Below are positions 63,051 to 64,000 of a DNA stretch of 64,000 nt, piece after piece. Every line of letters begins with the position of its first letter. Positions within the stretch are counted from its first letter, which is position 1. Made by a program: the position numbers and the translations under genes. Location of the stretch: assembly GCF_028641065.1 (NCBI RefSeq), contig NC_073407.1, positions 13,702,001 to 13,766,000 on the forward strand. Direction: 5' to 3'. The DNA comes from Leucoraja erinacea (Eukaryota). The notes under the pieces are model-generated. The model ran no database searches. It was not told the DNA's origin and saw only the letters and a program-made list of their open reading frames with translations.

Positions 63051-64000
63051 ATCTATCAAGCACTTTCTGGAAAAGAAGCCATAAGAATATTACCAATTTA
63101 TCTCATTTGGCCCATCTAGTCTGTACGATTACAAGCTAATGATCATTTTCAGAGATCCTTGAATTTACACAAAGAACCGTCATTGGTTACCTCTAGGGAA
63201 ATTTGTCATCAATACACTCACCTCTTGATCCATTGTACAATAAGTGCCCTTCCATTCAGAAGTTAGTGTACCCTTTGACCTAACCGGTTATTAGTCCTTG
63301 AATTTACCCAAAGGTGTTTTTATTACATTCATTGTTAGCAACATTATTATTCCATTCTGCAGCATTAGATTCCATCTGCCATTACTCTGCCCATTTCATC
63401 GTCATCAATATTGCCCTAGCTCCTCACTTAGAGAGTTAGATATAGATATAGCTCTTAGGGTTAACGGAATCAAAGGTTACGGGGAAAAAGCAAAAACAGG
63501 ACACTGATTCAGGATGATCAGCCATGATCATATTGAATGGCGGTGCCGGCTCGAACGGCCGAATGGCCTCCTCCTGCACCTACTTTTCTATGTTATCAAT
63601 CACGCCATTTTTTGTATCATTTGCAATCATAATCATACTGCCTACATTTAAAACTAAATGAACGGGGTCACCACGTTCTCTCCTGAACTCTCACCTACTC
63701 AGCCTCTCCTCCTGTAACAGACCTGCTATTCCAGGAACCACTCTGCTACACTCACTCCACAGCAGCCATACACTTTATTTTAGAAAAGGTGAAGAATCCA
63801 AAATTGTACAATCTATTCACACAAGCAAAGACAAACATTTTTTGCTCAGCTTCCCAGATTGAATTGATTGACTGAAAGATTTAGCAAGGAAACAGACCTT
63901 TCAGCCGAGCAAGCCAACGATCACTTGATATGGTTGAATTTATTGTGGAAATGCAACTATCAGCATTTCTGAGGGGAGGGATGTCATTACAACTTTGTGT

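Overview
Vertebrate genomic DNA from a cartilaginous fish, most likely a skate or ray, judged from HE1/V-SINEs, HER1/CR1 LINE tails and elasmobranch Penelope-type repeats. It is repeat-rich and has one N gap (35877-36010). Four spliced genes were reconstructed by hand. (1) An AMBP-like gene (-): signal-peptide exon, RTRR/EGSG linker exon, two Kunitz exons and a GEEELL terminal exon, but no recognisable alpha-1-microglobulin exons 2-6. (2) Complete C8G (-, 7 exons, 202 aa). (3) Complete FBXW5 (+, 8 coding exons, 578 aa). (4) The last four coding exons of TRAF2 (-). A CpG-island promoter of an unidentified gene lies at about 4.6-5.0 kb. The main points of interest are an apparent bikunin-only AMBP directly downstream of C8G, a young Tx1-type LINE with a twin-priming 5' inversion and a 17-bp TSD just upstream of a bikunin exon, Penelope-derived short elements carrying minimal hammerhead ribozyme cores (including fold-back copies), and a palindromic MITE. 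Comparisons to human genes are from memory; no database search was run.
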